A stretch of 64,000 nucleotides of DNA from an uncultured delta proteobacterium (GTDB lineage Bacteria > Myxococcota > Myxococcia > Myxococcales > Myxococcaceae). The stretch covers positions 224,001 through 288,000 of the forward strand of contig CAVYSY010000033.1 in NCBI GenBank assembly GCA_963771175.1. The letters are read 5' to 3'. Positions within the stretch are counted from its first letter, which is position 1. Each line of letters begins with the position of its first letter. The notes beneath the pieces were generated by a model. It saw nothing but the letters and a program-made list of their open reading frames with translations. It was not told the DNA's origin and searched no databases. Made by a program: the position numbers and the translations under genes. This document shows positions 39,913 to 50,294 of this stretch, one piece after another.

Positions 39913-40767
39913 TCAGCGGTTGAGGACGAGGTAGACGGGCGTGCTCATCAGGCCGCTCTCGTAGCTGTATTCGGAGGAGGTACCGAACGACACCGTCGCC
40001 GAGGTCCCCTGCTGGCTGAAGGACCCCACCAGGAGCTGCTCCCGCGCCCCGCTCGGAGTGACGCGCTCGGCGGTCACCTGGTACACGCCCACGGGGATAT
40101 CGAGCGCGTAATGGGAGTCGTAGCCAGACTTCACCGTGAACGAGCGCTCCAGCGTCTGGCCGGTGCTGCCGTCGATGAGCGGAGCGGTCGGCACGAGGGA
40201 GACGATCACCTCGTCACCGGCGTCCATGCGCGCGTCGTAGATGCTGCCCGTCCCGTTGAGGAACTCCAGGGTGCCACCGAAGTAACCGGCGGAGCCGTCC
40301 GCCACGCGGTCCGGGATGCGCCCGGAGAGCTGCCACCGGAAGTTGCGCACCGCGCCCTGCTTGGGGTCGAAGTAGTCGTAGTCGACGGGGTTGGGCATCC
40401 CCATCCGCAGCTTGTAGCCCTTGCCCTGGTAGTTCACATCGGCCCAGGCAATCGCCTTGAAGCCGCCAATGGTGAGCTCCGGCGAGACGTAGCGCCCGTT
40501 GGTGTCGGTGGTGACGTCGTAATAGCCGAAGTCGTTCTCGATCCGGACCTTGGCGCCCGCGATGGGCCTGCCCTGCGTGTCCTGGACGACGCCAGTCACC
40601 TTGCCCGCCTGGGCCTCCGTCCCGGTTCCCGTGCCCGTCCCGGTTCCCGTGCCCGTACCAGTTCCCGTTCCCGTCCCGGAGTCACCTTCGCATCCCCCCA
40701 GGCACAAGCACGCACCGAGGTGGCTGGCCAGCGCCAACACCACCAGGAAATCCTTGCGCATCTGCAT
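39913..40767 (-). CDS. Lipoprotein with (GT)n linker and carboxypeptidase-regulatory-like beta-sandwich
   Basis: LGGC lipobox; GTGTGT repeat; VTGVVQDTQGRPIAGAKV...TTDTNGRY. Confidence 0.75.
   Translation of the reverse strand: MQMRKDFLVVLALASHLGACLCLGGCEGDSGTGTGTGTGTGTGTGTGTGTEAQAGKVTGVVQDTQGRPIAGAKVRIENDFGYYDVTTDTNGRYVSPELTIGGFKAIAWADVNYQGKGYKLRMGMPNPVDYDYFDPKQGAVRNFRWQLSGRIPDRVADGSAGYFGGTLEFLNGTGSIYDARMDAGDEVIVSLVPTAPLIDGSTGQTLERSFTVKSGYDSHYALDIPVGVYQVTAERVTPSGAREQLLVGSFSQQGTSATVSFGTSSEYSYESGLMSTPVYLVLNR
40617..40680. repeat. Degenerate 6-nt-unit tandem repeat encoding about ten Gly-Thr pairs
   Basis: CCGTCCCGGTTCCCGTGCCCGTCCCGGTTCCCGTG... Confidence 0.85.
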
Positions 40768-40902
40768 CTCCTCCTGCCGTGCACCTCACGGCGTGCCCCC
40801 TACCATTTGGGAAGCGGGAGCGCGGGTCAAGCGCAACGGGCCGACAGCCCCGCGAGGATTCGCGGTGATGTCGGCCCGTGAAGGCAAAGCGAGGAGGCGA
40901 GC

Positions 40903-43029
40903 TTACCGGATGGAGATACGCGCCACCGGCTGGATGTTGAGGTCCGGGGACAGCTCCTGGAAGCTGACGACGGAGAACGGCGGGTTGAACTCGTACTCCA
41001 GCAGCTTGCGCACGTAGCGCCGGATGTCCATGGCGGTGAGGATGACGGGCCGCTGGGCGCTGGGCGGCAGGTGGCCGCACTCGGACTTCACCGCCTGGAC
41101 GATCTCCTGGGCGATGTCCGGCTCCAGGGCCAGGTGGGTGCCCGCCGAGGTGCGCTTGATGGAGCCGCGGATGGCCTCCTCGATCTGCGGATCCAGCAGG
41201 TAGACGACCAGGGTGCCGGTGCCGCGCGCGTACTTGTGGGACACGTAGCGCCGCAGGCTGGAGCGCACGTGCTCGGTGAGCATCACGTTGTCCGCCTCGA
41301 CCTGACCGAACTCGGCCAGCGCCTGGAGGATGCCGCGCAGGTCACGGATGGACATCTCCTCCTCGACCAGGCGCCCCAGGATGTCCGTGAGCTTGAGCAC
41401 GGAGACGACCTTGGGGACGACCTCCTTGACGATGGCGGGGAAGGCCTTCTCGAGCTGGTCGAGCATCGTCTGCGTCTCCTGGACGCCGACGAACTCGCGC
41501 GCCTGGCGGCGCAGCACGGCCGCCAGGTGGAGGATCATGTAGCCGGACACGTCCCAGGTGGTGAGACCGGCCGCCTCGAGCATCTCCTTGTGCTGCTCGG
41601 GCACCCACGCCGCCGGCTGGCGGGTGGCGGGGTTGACCGCCTCGAAGCCCTGGATGTTCATCAGCCGCAGGCGATCCACCGTGTCGTTGACGAGCACGTG
41701 GCCGATCGTGGCCTGACCCGTCACCACGGGGACTTCGTTGATCTGGATCTGGTAGGCGCCGGGAGGCAGGTTCGTGTTGCCGCGCGCACGCACGCCGGGG
41801 AAGCGCACGCCCAGCTCCACGAAGAGGCCGTCGCGCATGAAGGGGATGAGCTCGAAGAGGAACTTGCCGTTGTCCTGGCGCGAGTCCACGAAGGGCACCA
41901 GGGCGTCGGACACCTCGAGCACGATGGGCGTGACGACGGGGATGAAGAGCTCGGAGTCCGGGTTGATGGGCTCCTTGGCCTGAGGCTCGGTGGCCGACGG
42001 AGTCTCGCCCTCGGGCGTCTCGCCCGCGGTGAGGCCCGCGTCCTCGCCCGCGGCACCCACCTTCTCCTTCTGCATCATCTTCCAGGCGCCGTAGCCAGCC
42101 CCGGCGCCGAGGAGGAAGAACGGAATCTTGGGCAGACCGGGGATGAGGCCCAGCACGATGAGCATGCCCGCGGAGATGGCGATGGCCTTCGGGTAGGCGG
42201 TGAGCTGCGTGCCCACGTCCTTGCCGAGGTGGTTGCCCTCCTCGTCGCCGCCCACGCGCGTCACGATGATACCGGCGCAGGTGGAGATGAGGATGGCGGG
42301 GATCATTCCCACCAGACCGTCACCGATGGTGAGCAGCATGTACTTCTGCGCCGCGCTGCCCACGTCCATGCCCTTCTGCATCACGCCGATGATGAGGCCG
42401 CCGACGATGTTGATGACGGTGATGATGATGCCGGCGATGGCGTCGCCCTTGACGAACTTCATCGCACCGTCCATGGCGCCGAAGAGCTGGCTCTCGCGCT
42501 CCAGGTCGCGGCGCTTGCGCTTGCCCTCCTCCTGGTCGATGGCGCCGGCGCGCATGTCCGCGTCGATGGACATCTGCTTGCCGGGCATGGCGTCCAGGGT
42601 GAAGCGCGCGGCCACTTCGGCCACGCGCTCGGAGCCCTTGGAGATGACGATGAAGTTGACGATGACGAGGATGATGAAGATGACGAGACCGACGACGAAG
42701 TTGCCCTGAACCACGAAGTTGCCGAAGGCGACGACCACCTCGCCCGGGTCACCCGTCAGCAGGATGAGGCGCGTCGTGGAGATGGTGAGCGCCAGCCGGT
42801 ACATCGTGGTGATGAGCAGCAGCGTCGGGAACACCGACAATCGCAGCGCCGTCGGGACGTAGAGGGAGATGAGCAGCAGCACCACCGAGATGCTGATGTT
42901 CAACGTGAGGAGCACGTCCAGCAGCATCGTCGGCAGCGGGACGATCATCATTCCGATGATCGCCACCACCACGCAGGCGAGGACGATGTCGGAGTACTTG
43001 GACAGGAAGCTATCGCTCTGGGCTGGCAT
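40903..43029 (-). CDS. sctV: T3SS export gate SctV (FlhA/LcrD family)
   Basis: FIVISKGSERVAEVAARFTLDAMPGKQMSIDAD, FGAMDGAMKFVKGDAIAG, LTIGDGLV. Confidence 0.97.
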   Translation of the reverse strand: MPAQSDSFLSKYSDIVLACVVVAIIGMMIVPLPTMLLDVLLTLNISISVVLLLISLYVPTALRLSVFPTLLLITTMYRLALTISTTRLILLTGDPGEVVVAFGNFVVQGNFVVGLVIFIILVIVNFIVISKGSERVAEVAARFTLDAMPGKQMSIDADMRAGAIDQEEGKRKRRDLERESQLFGAMDGAMKFVKGDAIAGIIITVINIVGGLIIGVMQKGMDVGSAAQKYMLLTIGDGLVGMIPAILISTCAGIIVTRVGGDEEGNHLGKDVGTQLTAYPKAIAISAGMLIVLGLIPGLPKIPFFLLGAGAGYGAWKMMQKEKVGAAGEDAGLTAGETPEGETPSATEPQAKEPINPDSELFIPVVTPIVLEVSDALVPFVDSRQDNGKFLFELIPFMRDGLFVELGVRFPGVRARGNTNLPPGAYQIQINEVPVVTGQATIGHVLVNDTVDRLRLMNIQGFEAVNPATRQPAAWVPEQHKEMLEAAGLTTWDVSGYMILHLAAVLRRQAREFVGVQETQTMLDQLEKAFPAIVKEVVPKVVSVLKLTDILGRLVEEEMSIRDLRGILQALAEFGQVEADNVMLTEHVRSSLRRYVSHKYARGTGTLVVYLLDPQIEEAIRGSIKRTSAGTHLALEPDIAQEIVQAVKSECGHLPPSAQRPVILTAMDIRRYVRKLLEYEFNPPFSVVSFQELSPDLNIQPVARISIR

Positions 43030-43108
43030 CGGCGGGGCTCATCCTAATCCGGAGGAGCCCGGATTCCCAAGGCCCGGGACAGCGTCCCGTGAAAGGACTC
43101 CGCCGGGT

Positions 43109-43560
43109 CTACCTGAAGAGGCTGGACATGGCCTCCTTGGCCCGCCGCTGGACCTGACTGATCATCTGATCCAGCCAGTTCTTGTTGAACATCTCCCCGG
43201 ACTGGGCCCCACTCGAGGCCTTCTTGAGCTCCTCGGCGAGCTGCTCGGGGGTGGCGTTGGGGTTGTTCTTGACGAACTCTCCCATCCGCTTGACCACTTC
43301 GGCCTTCATGCGATCACCGGCCTCGGGGAGAAGCCAGCCTCGACGAGATTCTTGGCCCAGGCGTCGACCTGCTGGAGCTCCTCGTCCATGAGAGGCTTCT
43401 CCGCGGTGCGCGTGGGCTCGGAGCCCTCGAACTCGCTCACCTGGGAGTGACCCGTGGCCTTCTGCGCCGTAGCCGTGGGGGCAGCGGCCGTGGTGCGCTG
43501 GGTGGACTCAGACCTGGTCGAAGGGGGGACGCGGGGACCGCCGATTCCGGAAACGCTCAT
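43109..43560 (-). CDS. Small T3SS-associated hypothetical protein, probably one gene with a frameshift near 43325
   Basis: Two adjoining ORFs fuse if one C is added to a CCCC run (GFSPEAGDRMKAE); strong RBS AAAGGAG. Confidence 0.65.
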
Positions 43561-43581
43561 GAAAGACTCCTTTCCCGGGAA

Positions 43582-43608
43582 TTATCGCGCGATCACCACC
43601 CGAGTTGC
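43582..43608 (-). promoter_or_regulatory. Sigma28-like promoter GCAA-N15-CGCGATAA
   Basis: Matches FliA consensus geometry TAAA-N15-GCCGATAA; same motif at 45060 and 60555. Confidence 0.7.
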
Positions 43609-43623
43609 GTGCTCGGACCCGAG

Positions 43624-43673
43624 AAAAGACAAGTCCCGGCCCCCAGGAACGGGGAACCGGGACAAGGGTGGCG
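43624..43673 (-). terminator. Intrinsic terminator after the TPR chaperone gene
   Basis: GTCCCGG...CCGGGAC stem followed by TTGTCTTTTC on the minus strand. Confidence 0.55.
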
Positions 43674-43699
43674 TACCGCGGCGCTCTCGCGCCCCGCCG

Positions 43700-44254
43700 T
43701 TACTTCTTGTTGGCCGTCTGGCCGGCCTGGGCCGCCTCGATGGTCTCGAGCGCCGCCGCCGCGAGCAGCCGGGCGCGCATGGACAGGGGATCCTTGCCCT
43801 GCGGGTCCATCTCCACGGCCTTCTTGAAGTCCTGCGCGGCCTCGAGAACCTTGCCCTGACGCAGGTAGACCTCACCGCGGTTCACGTAGGGAGCCAGGTC
43901 CTTGGGCTGCAGATTGATGGCGCGGTCGAAGTAGGCCTCGGCCTGGGCCAGGTCCTCCTCGGCCAGGTAGATGGCGCCGAGCGCGGTCAGGTAGTAGGGC
44001 TCGTTCGGGTCCAGCGTCACGAGACCGTCGAAGATGACCCGAGCCTCCTTGTACTTGCCGTTCTCGAACATCTGGAAGCCGTAGGTGGCCATCTCCAGCA
44101 TCTCGGGCGCGGTGACGTTCGTCAGCTCGGCCAGCGTCATGTGACCCTGGAGGTACTTCGTCACGCGCTCCTGCGAATACAGCACCTCGGCATACGCGGT
44201 GCTGCTCGCCTTGTCCTTCTTATCGTTGACCGCGGGCTTCGACTCGTTGGCCAT
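43700..44254 (-). CDS. SycD/LcrH-like TPR chaperone
   Basis: TLAEL, GFQMFENGKYKEARVIFDGLVTLDP, TPR pattern, T3SS context. Confidence 0.8.
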   Translation of the reverse strand: MANESKPAVNDKKDKASSTAYAEVLYSQERVTKYLQGHMTLAELTNVTAPEMLEMATYGFQMFENGKYKEARVIFDGLVTLDPNEPYYLTALGAIYLAEEDLAQAEAYFDRAINLQPKDLAPYVNRGEVYLRQGKVLEAAQDFKKAVEMDPQGKDPLSMRARLLAAAALETIEAAQAGQTANKK

Positions 44255-44435
44255 GTGTGCAGGTCCTTCTTGAGCTGGAACTGGCAGTGAGGAGATGGAC
44301 TGATATTTTTATCGTGGTTGGCCCAAACCTGTCCATGGGGGGTGGGAACTCCCCGCAGTCCGAGACCTCCCGCAATAGCAAGGGCGGGGCCCCGTATAGG
44401 AGCACCCGCCCCATTGACACCGCTCGGCGAACGAC

Positions 44436-45005
44436 CTAGCGGATGTTGCCGATGATGGACTTCTGCGTCTCACCGCGCATCTTGATGACGTTGCTGATCA
44501 TCTGGACCATCTCGGAGTAGTTCTGCAGCTCGTACTGGGCCTTGAGGCGGGCGGCGTCCTTCGGATCCAGGCCCTCGAGCGACTTCTGCTGGGTGGCCGA
44601 CAGGCCCTTGCCCGTCTGCGCCATGGAGATGGCGTTGTCCCAGATGCCGCCGCCGCTGGCCGCGGTGGTCACCGCGTTGTTGATGGCGCCCGTCTCGACA
44701 CCCGAGCGAGCCGGGATGCTCGGGGCCGGAGCCGCACCACCGGTCGCACCGCCCACGGGAGCGGGGGTGGAGGGCAGGCTGGTGCTCACGCCACCCTGGG
44801 TGGCGGACGGGGCGGGCAGACCGAGGGCCTTGGCGACCTGGTCCAGCAGGCTCTTCTTGGCCGCCTCGAAGCCGGACTTGAAGAAGTCGCCGATGACGTT
44901 CTTCAGCGCGTCCTTGACGCCGTTGAGAACCGTGCCGCCGATGCCGCCGCTGCCGAGGATCTTGCCGAGGTCAATCTTGGGAAGCTGAAAGCCGCCGATC
45001 TTCAT
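44436..45005 (-). CDS. Candidate T3SS substrate/filament subunit with SctF-like C-terminus
   Basis: C-terminus LQNYSEMVQMISNVIKMRGETQKSIIGNIR; Gly/Ala-rich body. Confidence 0.6.
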   Translation of the reverse strand: MKIGGFQLPKIDLGKILGSGGIGGTVLNGVKDALKNVIGDFFKSGFEAAKKSLLDQVAKALGLPAPSATQGGVSTSLPSTPAPVGGATGGAAPAPSIPARSGVETGAINNAVTTAASGGGIWDNAISMAQTGKGLSATQQKSLEGLDPKDAARLKAQYELQNYSEMVQMISNVIKMRGETQKSIIGNIR

Positions 45006-45059
45006 TTGGGTCTCTCCAGTCGAGGGGGCGGCGTCAGTGCCGCCCTGCTTACAAACAGA

Positions 45060-45086
45060 TTATCGCGGGAGCGCTCCGGGAGTTTC
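45060..45086 (-). promoter_or_regulatory. Sigma28-like promoter GAAA-N15-CGCGATAA
   Basis: Same -10 and spacing as the other two copies. Confidence 0.7.
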
Positions 45087-45109
45087 CTCCCCGATTTTCC
45101 CGCCTTTTC

Positions 45110-45589
45110 TCAGCGCCGGCCCAGCGACTCCAACATCGCGGAAGCCTTGGCGAAAACCGTCTCGTCGTCCTTGGCGAGCTGGGCGGCGCGGCGCAGATCC
45201 TCCACCGCCTGGGCCTTCTGGCCCATGGACAGCTTCACCTCGGCGCGACCCACGTAGGCGGCGGCGTCGCTGGCGGCCAGCTTGAGGGCCACGTCGTAGG
45301 CGGCCAGCGCGCCCTGCGGGTTGCCGGCGGCCATCTCCACCACGCCGAGCGCCTTGGCGAAGTAGGCGTCCGCGGGGTTGACGGCGTAGAGGCCCTGGAA
45401 GAGCGTGCGCGCCTCGTTCACCCGGCCCTGGTAGAAGAAGTAGTAGGCCGTCTTGGCGATGGCGTACAGCTCCTCGTCCGTGTAGCCGCGGACGTCGCGC
45501 AGCGTCGCCTTGCCGTCCGCCCACCGCTGCATGAGCGTGTCGAGCTTCGCCTCGTCCTGCTGGGGGTTGTTCGAGTCCGGTGCGGCCAT
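45110..45589 (-). CDS. SycD/LcrH-like TPR chaperone
   Basis: TLRDVRGYTDEELYAI...AYYFFYQGRVNEARTLF class II chaperone pattern. Confidence 0.85.
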   Translation of the reverse strand: MAAPDSNNPQQDEAKLDTLMQRWADGKATLRDVRGYTDEELYAIAKTAYYFFYQGRVNEARTLFQGLYAVNPADAYFAKALGVVEMAAGNPQGALAAYDVALKLAASDAAAYVGRAEVKLSMGQKAQAVEDLRRAAQLAKDDETVFAKASAMLESLGRR

Positions 45590-45593
45590 GGTG

Positions 45594-46071
45594 CTAGTAC
45601 CCCTCGTCCTGCTGCTCCTCGCGCATACGGCGCTGGATTTCCTGAATCTCCGCGTGGACCTGGCCCACCAGCGCCAGCATCTGCGCCTCGCGCTGCAGCA
45701 GGCCCTTCAGGCGCTCCATGCGCTCGGGCGGCGCGTTGATGCGCCCCAGGCTGCGCTCGAGCTGCTGGCGCTGCTCGCCATCCGCGCGCCCGGCCACGCT
45801 GCCCAGGTACGGCCGGTCCGAGAAGCCCTCGAGGTCCGCGTCATTGCCCCTTGGGCTGCGGAGGCGAGGGCAGGCGGACCTCCTCGGAGGAGTGCGCCGG
45901 GCCGATGAAGTCCAGCAGCGCCGCCGAGGCGAGCGCCGGGTTCTTCGGGTTGCCAACCTTGCGCTTCTTGCGATCGAGCTGGGAGGGATCGACCAGCTTC
46001 TCTCGGACCGCGCGGGGTCCCCCCCAGGGCCAGAGGGGTGCTCTCGGGGGCTGATTGTTGATTTTGGCCAT
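45594..46071 (-). CDS. T3SS-associated hypothetical protein, frameshifted near 45848
   Basis: MAKINNQ...PPQPKG continues as NDADLEGF...coiled-coil tail in the adjacent frame. Confidence 0.6.
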
Positions 46072-46121
46072 GGTCTGGACCGAACCTCACTCGATTTGGG
46101 GGCCTGGAGTCTACCCTACCC

Positions 46122-46400
46122 TCAGCGTTTGCCGCCTGCCTGCTCCTGCTGGAGGGCGAAGACGAAGTTGAGGACCTCGGCCACCGCGTCGTAGAGCTCC
46201 TCGGGGACCTCCTGGCCCACGTCGATGCGGTAGAGCGCGTTGGCCAGCGGCACGTTCCTCATGATGGGGATGTTGTACTGCTTGGCGATCTCCCGGATCT
46301 TCTCCGCCTTGAGGCGCATCCCCTTGGCCACCACGCGCGGGGCGGCGTCCTTGTCCTTGTCGTACTTGAGCGCGATCGCCATCTCGACATCGTCACTCAT
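46122..46400 (-). CDS. Stand-alone FlhB/SctU C-terminal-like protein
   Basis: AIALKYDKDKDAAPRVVAKG...PEELYDAVAEVLNFV. Confidence 0.9.
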   Translation of the reverse strand: MSDDVEMAIALKYDKDKDAAPRVVAKGMRLKAEKIREIAKQYNIPIMRNVPLANALYRIDVGQEVPEELYDAVAEVLNFVFALQQEQAGGKR

Positions 46401-46436
46401 GGGAACCTCGCGTCGGGGCGGTGGACAGGCGCGGCA

Positions 46437-47502
46437 TCAGGCGCGCGCCACGGGGGTGGGATTCTTCAGGCCGTAGACGAAGTTGAGCACCTCGGCGACG
46501 GCGTCGTAGAGCTCCTCGGGGATCTCCTGGCCCACCTCCACGCGCAGCAGCGCGTGCGCCAGGGGCACGTTGCGCAGCGTGGGCACGTCCGCGTCGCGCG
46601 CGAGCGCCTTGATGCGCTCGGCCTTGAAGTCCAGGCCCTTGGCCAGCACCCGCGGCGCCTCGTCCTTGTCCTTGTCGTACTTGAGCGCCACGGCCACGTG
46701 GTCGGGGTTGGTGACGATCACGTCGGCGTCCTTCACGGCCTCCATCTGCGCGCCCTCCAGGATCTCCTGGTGCATCTCCTTGCGCTTGGCCTTGTGGTGC
46801 GGGTCGCCTTCGCTCTCCTTGTATTCCTTCTTCACCTCGTCCTTCGTCATCATCATGTCCTTCATGTAGGACTTGCGCTGCCACCAGACGTCGAAGATGG
46901 CGAAGAGGAAGAAGACCATGCCCACGCGCACGGAGACGCGGTAGACCAGCTCGCCCATGATGGCCATCATGGTCGCGGTGTCTCGGCGCACCGTCTCCAC
47001 CACCAGGGGCATGGAGTCGCGCACCACTCCGAAGATGACGTAGGCGGCGATGGAGATCTTGATCAGGTTCTTGAGCAGCTCGACGAGCTGCTTCTTGCCG
47101 ACGAGGTTCTTCAGGCCCTCGAGCGGGTTGAGCTTCTCGAGCTTGGGCATCAGCGGATCCATCGTGAACAGCGAGCCCACCTGGAGGAAGTCCAGGAGAC
47201 CGCCGACGATGGCCACGGCCGCCACCACCGGGAGGGTGAGCATCACCACCGAGCTCAGCCCCATCAGCATGAGCTCGTAGGTGGCCTTCTCCAGATCCTC
47301 CGGGTGGGCGATGTGCGCGAAGCTGAAGTGGAAGAGCTCGGTGACCTGCTCCTCCAGATCGGGCCAGGTGGCCTTGACCACGCCCAGGCCGACGATGAAC
47401 CCGAACACGCCGGTCAGGTCCTTGCTCTTCCAGACCTGACCCTTCTTGCGTGAGTCGTCGAGCTTCTTTTGTGAGGGTTCTTCTGTCTTTCTCGTCGGAC
47501 AT
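46437..47502 (-). CDS. sctU: T3SS export switch SctU (FlhB family), frameshift near 47489
   Basis: MSDE/KTEEPSQKKL..RKKGQV, KESEGDP, cleavage loop TNPDH. Confidence 0.93.
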
Positions 47503-47518
47503 GGCGAGGAACCCCGGT

Positions 47519-48338
47519 TCAGCCGAGCAGGCGCACGGCGTCGCGCAACATGGCCAGCATGGCGGCGAACTCCGTCTGCAGCCGTCCCATGATGAGGCCG
47601 ATGGACATGAAGACGATGAGCACGCCCACCAGCGGCTTGATCGCCATGGAGATGAAGAAGACCTGGACCTGCGGGCGCCACGCGGTTGATGACGCCCAGC
47701 GCCAGGTCGGTCAGGAAGGCGGCCAGCGTGGCCGGCGCGGCGAGCGCGAGGGAGATCTTCAGCAGGTCCGCGAAGATGCGGATCATCAGGTCGAAGAAGG
47801 CCCAGGAGCCATGGCTGAAGCGCGGGAAGCCGTCCAGCGGGACGACCTCGAAGCTGTCGGCGAGCGCCTCGATGACCAGGTGGTGGCCGTTGAGCGTGAG
47901 GAAGAGCACCACCGCGAGCTGGACCTTGAGGCTGGAGAAGAGCGACACCTGCTGGCCGATCTGCGGCACGAAGAGCTGGGCCTTGTTGCTGCCCGACATG
48001 GTGTCCACGAGGGTGCCGGCCACGCGCGCCGCCTCGAAGACCACGTTCACGATGGTCGCCAGCGTCACCCCGATGAAGATCTCCTTGAGCATCAGCACGA
48101 TGTAGGGCAGCGCGCTGGTGGGGATGGCCCCCATGCGCGCGCTCACCGCCGGGAAGAGCACGATGGACAGCGTGACCCCCACGCCCATCTTCACCTCCGT
48201 GGGCACCACCTCGCCGCCGAGGAATGGCGAGAGCACCAGCACCGGCATGATCCGGCACATGAGCAGGCCCACGGTGAAGATGACGAGCGAGAGGTTGGCC
48301 TGCTCCGTCAGTCTGGTGAGGACATCGGAGACGTTCAT
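47519..48338 (-). CDS. sctT: T3SS export apparatus SctT (FliR family), frameshift near 47675
   Basis: KEIFIG, ARVAGTLVD, LNGHH, LGVINRVAP/QVQVFF. Confidence 0.92.
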
Positions 48339-48602
48339 CTGGCGATGAGAGCCGGGAACTGGTCGAAGACGTGGAAGGTGAAGCGCACAAGCTGATTGCC
48401 AATCCACGGACCGGTGAGCGCCAGCACCCCGAAGACGACGATGACCTTGGGAGCGAACGAGAGCGTCTGCTCCTGGATCTGCGTGGTGGCCTGGAAGACG
48501 GAGATGAGGAAGCCCACCAGGAGGCTCATCAGCACCGGCGGCGCCGAGGCGACGAGCACGAGGTAGAGCGCCTGCTGGAGTGATGAAGTTCAGCTGGTGC
48601 AT
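48335..48602 (-). CDS. sctS: T3SS export apparatus SctS (FliQ family), frameshift near 48580
   Basis: VGFLISVFQATTQIQEQTLSFAPK. Confidence 0.93.
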
Positions 48603-48610
48603 GTGCGCTC

Positions 48611-49431
48611 TCACAGGTAGCCGACGACCAGACCCTTGGCGATGAGGTACCAGCCGTCGACGAGGACGAAGAGCAGGAGCTTGAAGGGCATGGAGATGGT
48701 GGTCGGCGAGAGCATGTGCATGCCCAGCGCCAGCAGGATGTTGGCCACCACCATGTCGATGACGATGAAGGGCACGAAGAGCAGGAAGCCGATCTGGAAG
48801 GCCTCCTTGAGCTCGGAACCACGAAGGCCGGGACGATGATCATGAAGTCCCGGTCGGTGATGTCGCTGCGGTCCTCCTCGGCCCGCATCTTCTTGGCCAG
48901 GTTGAAGAAGAGCGCGCGGTCCTTGTTGGTGATCTTCTTGATCAGGAAGTCGCGCAGCGGCTCCTTGGACTTGTTGGCCGCCTCCAGCAGGGTGCCCACC
49001 GACTCCGAGGACAACAAGGCGGGGCCCTTGGCCAGGATGTCCACCTCCGAGGCCCGGTACATGGCCTGCCCCACCGGCGCCATGATGTAGACGGTGAGGA
49101 TGATGGCCAGGCCGGTGATCACCTGCGTGGGCGGAATCTGCTGGGTGCCCAGCGCCGAGCGCACGATGGAGAGCACCACGGAGATCTTCACGAAGCTCGT
49201 CACCATCATCAACACGAAGGGGACGAGCGACAGCGCGGCCAGCGCCAGCATCAGCACCAGCGGACGCGAGGCGAAGGAGTCGGGCGTCACCGACTCGGCG
49301 GCGACGGCCTCGGTGCCGGTGCCGCCGCCACGCTTGGCGGCGAGGGCGATGAAAGGATTCAACGCGATCGCCACGGCGAACAACCAGGGCGCGATGCGGA
49401 GGGTGGGGAGGCGAACGGTTGGCAATCTCAC
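48611..49431 (-). CDS. sctR: T3SS export apparatus SctR (FliP family), frameshift near 48815
   Basis: [50 protein letters not shown] [15 protein letters not shown]. Confidence 0.94.
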
Positions 49432-49442
49432 GGGTCGTCTCT

Positions 49443-50138
49443 TCAGGCGCTCGGCGGCTGGGTGCCGCTCGGCTGGGTAGCGCCCGATGGGGTGGCATCG
49501 CGCCGGGCGAGGAGCTTCTGGAGGAAAGGAGAAAGAGGAATCACGTTGGCGGGAGGGCGCTCGGAACGAATGCGCTCCACCGCCTCGGTATCGAGCTTCG
49601 ACAGCAGTTGCAGGCCACTCTCGCCACCGCCCACCAGCAGGTACTCACCCGCGGCCTTCAACACGAAAAGCGTGCGGCGCTGGTCCAGCGGCACCCGCTC
49701 CACCACCGATACCACCGAGGCCCGCCCCACCGGCACGCCCTGCAGCCCCATCAGTCTGCGCAGGCCCACGTTGAGCGTCAGGTAGATGCAGGCCACCACC
49801 GCGCCGAACAGCATCAGCGTACGCAGCAGCATCCAACTCAGGCTCTCGGGCTCCTCCTCCATGCCGGGCGGCAGGGAGGACCCCAGGGGCTCGTCCACGG
49901 AGGGCTGCGACGCCGTCGTGACCGGAGCGGGCGCGGCGGCCTTGTCCGCGGTGGCGTCCTTCGCAACGGGGGCCGGGGACTGTGGAGAGGGGGCCGCTTC
50001 AACGGCGGGAGACCGCACGACGGCGGACGCTGGCTGCGCGGGCGTTGCGGGAGCCTGGGCCCACGCCAACGGCGCGAGCAGCACGCACGCGCACGCCAGC
50101 ACGACCGGACGCAGGGATGAGACAAGAGACACTGCCAT
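49443..50138 (-). CDS. fliO: FliO-like protein
   Basis: Single TM then [26 protein letters not shown]; immediately upstream of sctR/fliP. Confidence 0.78.
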   Translation of the reverse strand: MAVSLVSSLRPVVLACACVLLAPLAWAQAPATPAQPASAVVRSPAVEAAPSPQSPAPVAKDATADKAAAPAPVTTASQPSVDEPLGSSLPPGMEEEPESLSWMLLRTLMLFGAVVACIYLTLNVGLRRLMGLQGVPVGRASVVSVVERVPLDQRRTLFVLKAAGEYLLVGGGESGLQLLSKLDTEAVERIRSERPPANVIPLSPFLQKLLARRDATPSGATQPSGTQPPSA

Positions 50139-50294
50139 GGTGGGGCGCGAGGCTAGTGCATCGGGAAGGAGACCGCCACGGGCCTCCCCTCCCCTGCTCC
50201 GATCCTCCGCTCGCCTGCCTGGGTCAGCCCACCGCGGCACGCTCTGCTCTCCTCGTTCCAATGCCACGGCGGCTCCCACGGACGGGCGATGGGC

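Noticed and set aside
44309..44335. Fourth sigma28-like promoter (CACGATAA) before the TPR gene
   Set aside because: The -10 is plausible but the -35 at 15 nt (TGGA) does not match the other three
46437..48614. Apparent 725-aa SctS-SctT-SctU fusion in the ORF track
   Set aside because: Produced by frameshifts; each gene has its own start and stop once single indels are corrected
47480..48830. Programmed frameshifting or phase variation in export genes
   Set aside because: No long homopolymers or shared slippery motif; unrelated genes show the same kind of indel
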